Assembly: GCA_024704765.1 (NCBI GenBank)
Contig: JAKMXF010000011.1
Coordinates: 289,863-353,862, forward strand
DNA: 64,000 bases
Direction of reading: 5' to 3'
DNA from: Oopsacas minuta
Lineage: Eukaryota > Animalia > Porifera
Both the position numbers and the translations under genes were made by a program. Numbering within the stretch: the first letter of the stretch is position 1; each line of letters opens with the position of its first letter. Below, in pieces: positions 63,259-64,000 of this stretch. Under the pieces are notes generated by a model that was given only the letters and a program-made list of their open reading frames with translations, was not told the origin of the DNA and did no database searches.

Positions 63259-64000
63259 CAGTGGCGTAGCCACGGGGGGGCAAGGGGGGCACTTGCCCCC
63301 CCTTCCTATTGTGAACTAACGTTTTTGTCCGGCCTTTAGTAGTGTTCCTATTTCAACCAAGTACTGGGAACTGGAATAAATTATGATTTACCATTAAATT
63401 ACTTATCTATTATATTATGCATTGGTATTCCAAAATTGTTTTATTAGATTAAATTTATTTGTTTATCAAATGGAGAGATTAAGAAGATGCAACTGCATCG
63501 AATTTGAGTCTAGAGATCCATGTGAAGATCCCCCTAAAGATTACATAATATTTAAGCATTATGTAAGTCATGGTCCTTTACAACCTCTTTCAGGACAATC
63601 AAAATATGAAGGAAGATGTTTCCGAATTGAATGGTATTCTAGATTCAAATGGTTAGAATATAGCTCACGCAAGCAAAGAGCATTCTGTTTCTTTTGCAGA
63701 TTGTTCACTAATTCGTCTGCTTCACTATTTGGTGGGCATGCAGACAAGGCATTTTCAGGAACCGGTTTCGACAATTGGAAAAAAGCTTTGGAAAAAGATC
63801 GTGGATTTCATTCACATGAACAAAGTAAAACTCACTCTGATTCTGAAAGATCGTATTTAACTTTCATGTGCTCTAAGCCGATTGATACACTAATATCAAA
63901 TGAAGTTGCTCAACAACAAACAAATCGATCACACGCTATAATTCGAAACAGAAAAATGATCGGAAAGTTATTCAGTATTGTGAAGCTTTTAGGGAAGCTT
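63259..64000 (+). mobile_element. 5' part of a hAT element running off the window
   Basis: CAGTGGCGTAGCC end with a GC-rich GGGGGGCAAGGGGGGCACTTGCCCCCC subterminal hairpin; left flank GGTCAGAC. Confidence 0.8.
63470..64000 (+). CDS. hAT transposase N-terminus (TTF-type Zn finger, ZMYM1-like), open to the window end (177 codons, partial)
   Basis: GPLQP..GRCFRIEWYSRFKWLEYS..AFCFFCRLF..GFDNWKKA..HEQSKTH; missing from the ORF track because no stop is reached. Confidence 0.85.
   Translation, partial: MERLRRCNCIEFESRDPCEDPPKDYIIFKHYVSHGPLQPLSGQSKYEGRCFRIEWYSRFKWLEYSSRKQRAFCFFCRLFTNSSASLFGGHADKAFSGTGFDNWKKALEKDRGFHSHEQSKTHSDSERSYLTFMCSKPIDTLISNEVAQQQTNRSHAIIRNRKMIGKLFSIVKLLGKL

Noticed and set aside
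1-64000. Strand bias of TE insertions (flamenco-like cluster)
   Set aside because: Elements are split roughly evenly between the two strands.

Overview
AT-rich eukaryotic DNA, probably from an invertebrate animal (the taxon cannot be fixed from sequence alone). It consists almost entirely of intact, nested and decayed transposable elements. I recognise no host gene, RNA gene or CRISPR array. The highlight is a set of four RAG1-like (Transib-type) elements. One is complete (47..3159): a 706-aa ORF with DDE and Zn motifs and a RAG1 nonamer-binding-domain-like segment, a perfect RSS heptamer CACAGTG at both ends, and a 5-bp TSD GATTT. Three of the four have asymmetric two-part ends: heptamer, then a 16-nt spacer at the 3' end or a 6-7-nt spacer at the 5' end, then an element-specific 13-nt block that matches between the two ends of each element. 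This resembles a 12/23-type architecture without any RAG2. Also present: an intact Chapaev element with 417-bp TIRs; a short-LTR Gypsy element whose PBS looks self-priming (Tf1-like), interrupted by a Chapaev3 element; a hAT relic with an internal micro-inversion; MULE, mariner, Tc1, P, Ginger2-like and further hAT relics; several MITEs; probable Helitron 3' ends; and a possible relic of a RAG1 N-terminal (non-core) region. All family assignments come from motif recognition by eye; no database search was run.
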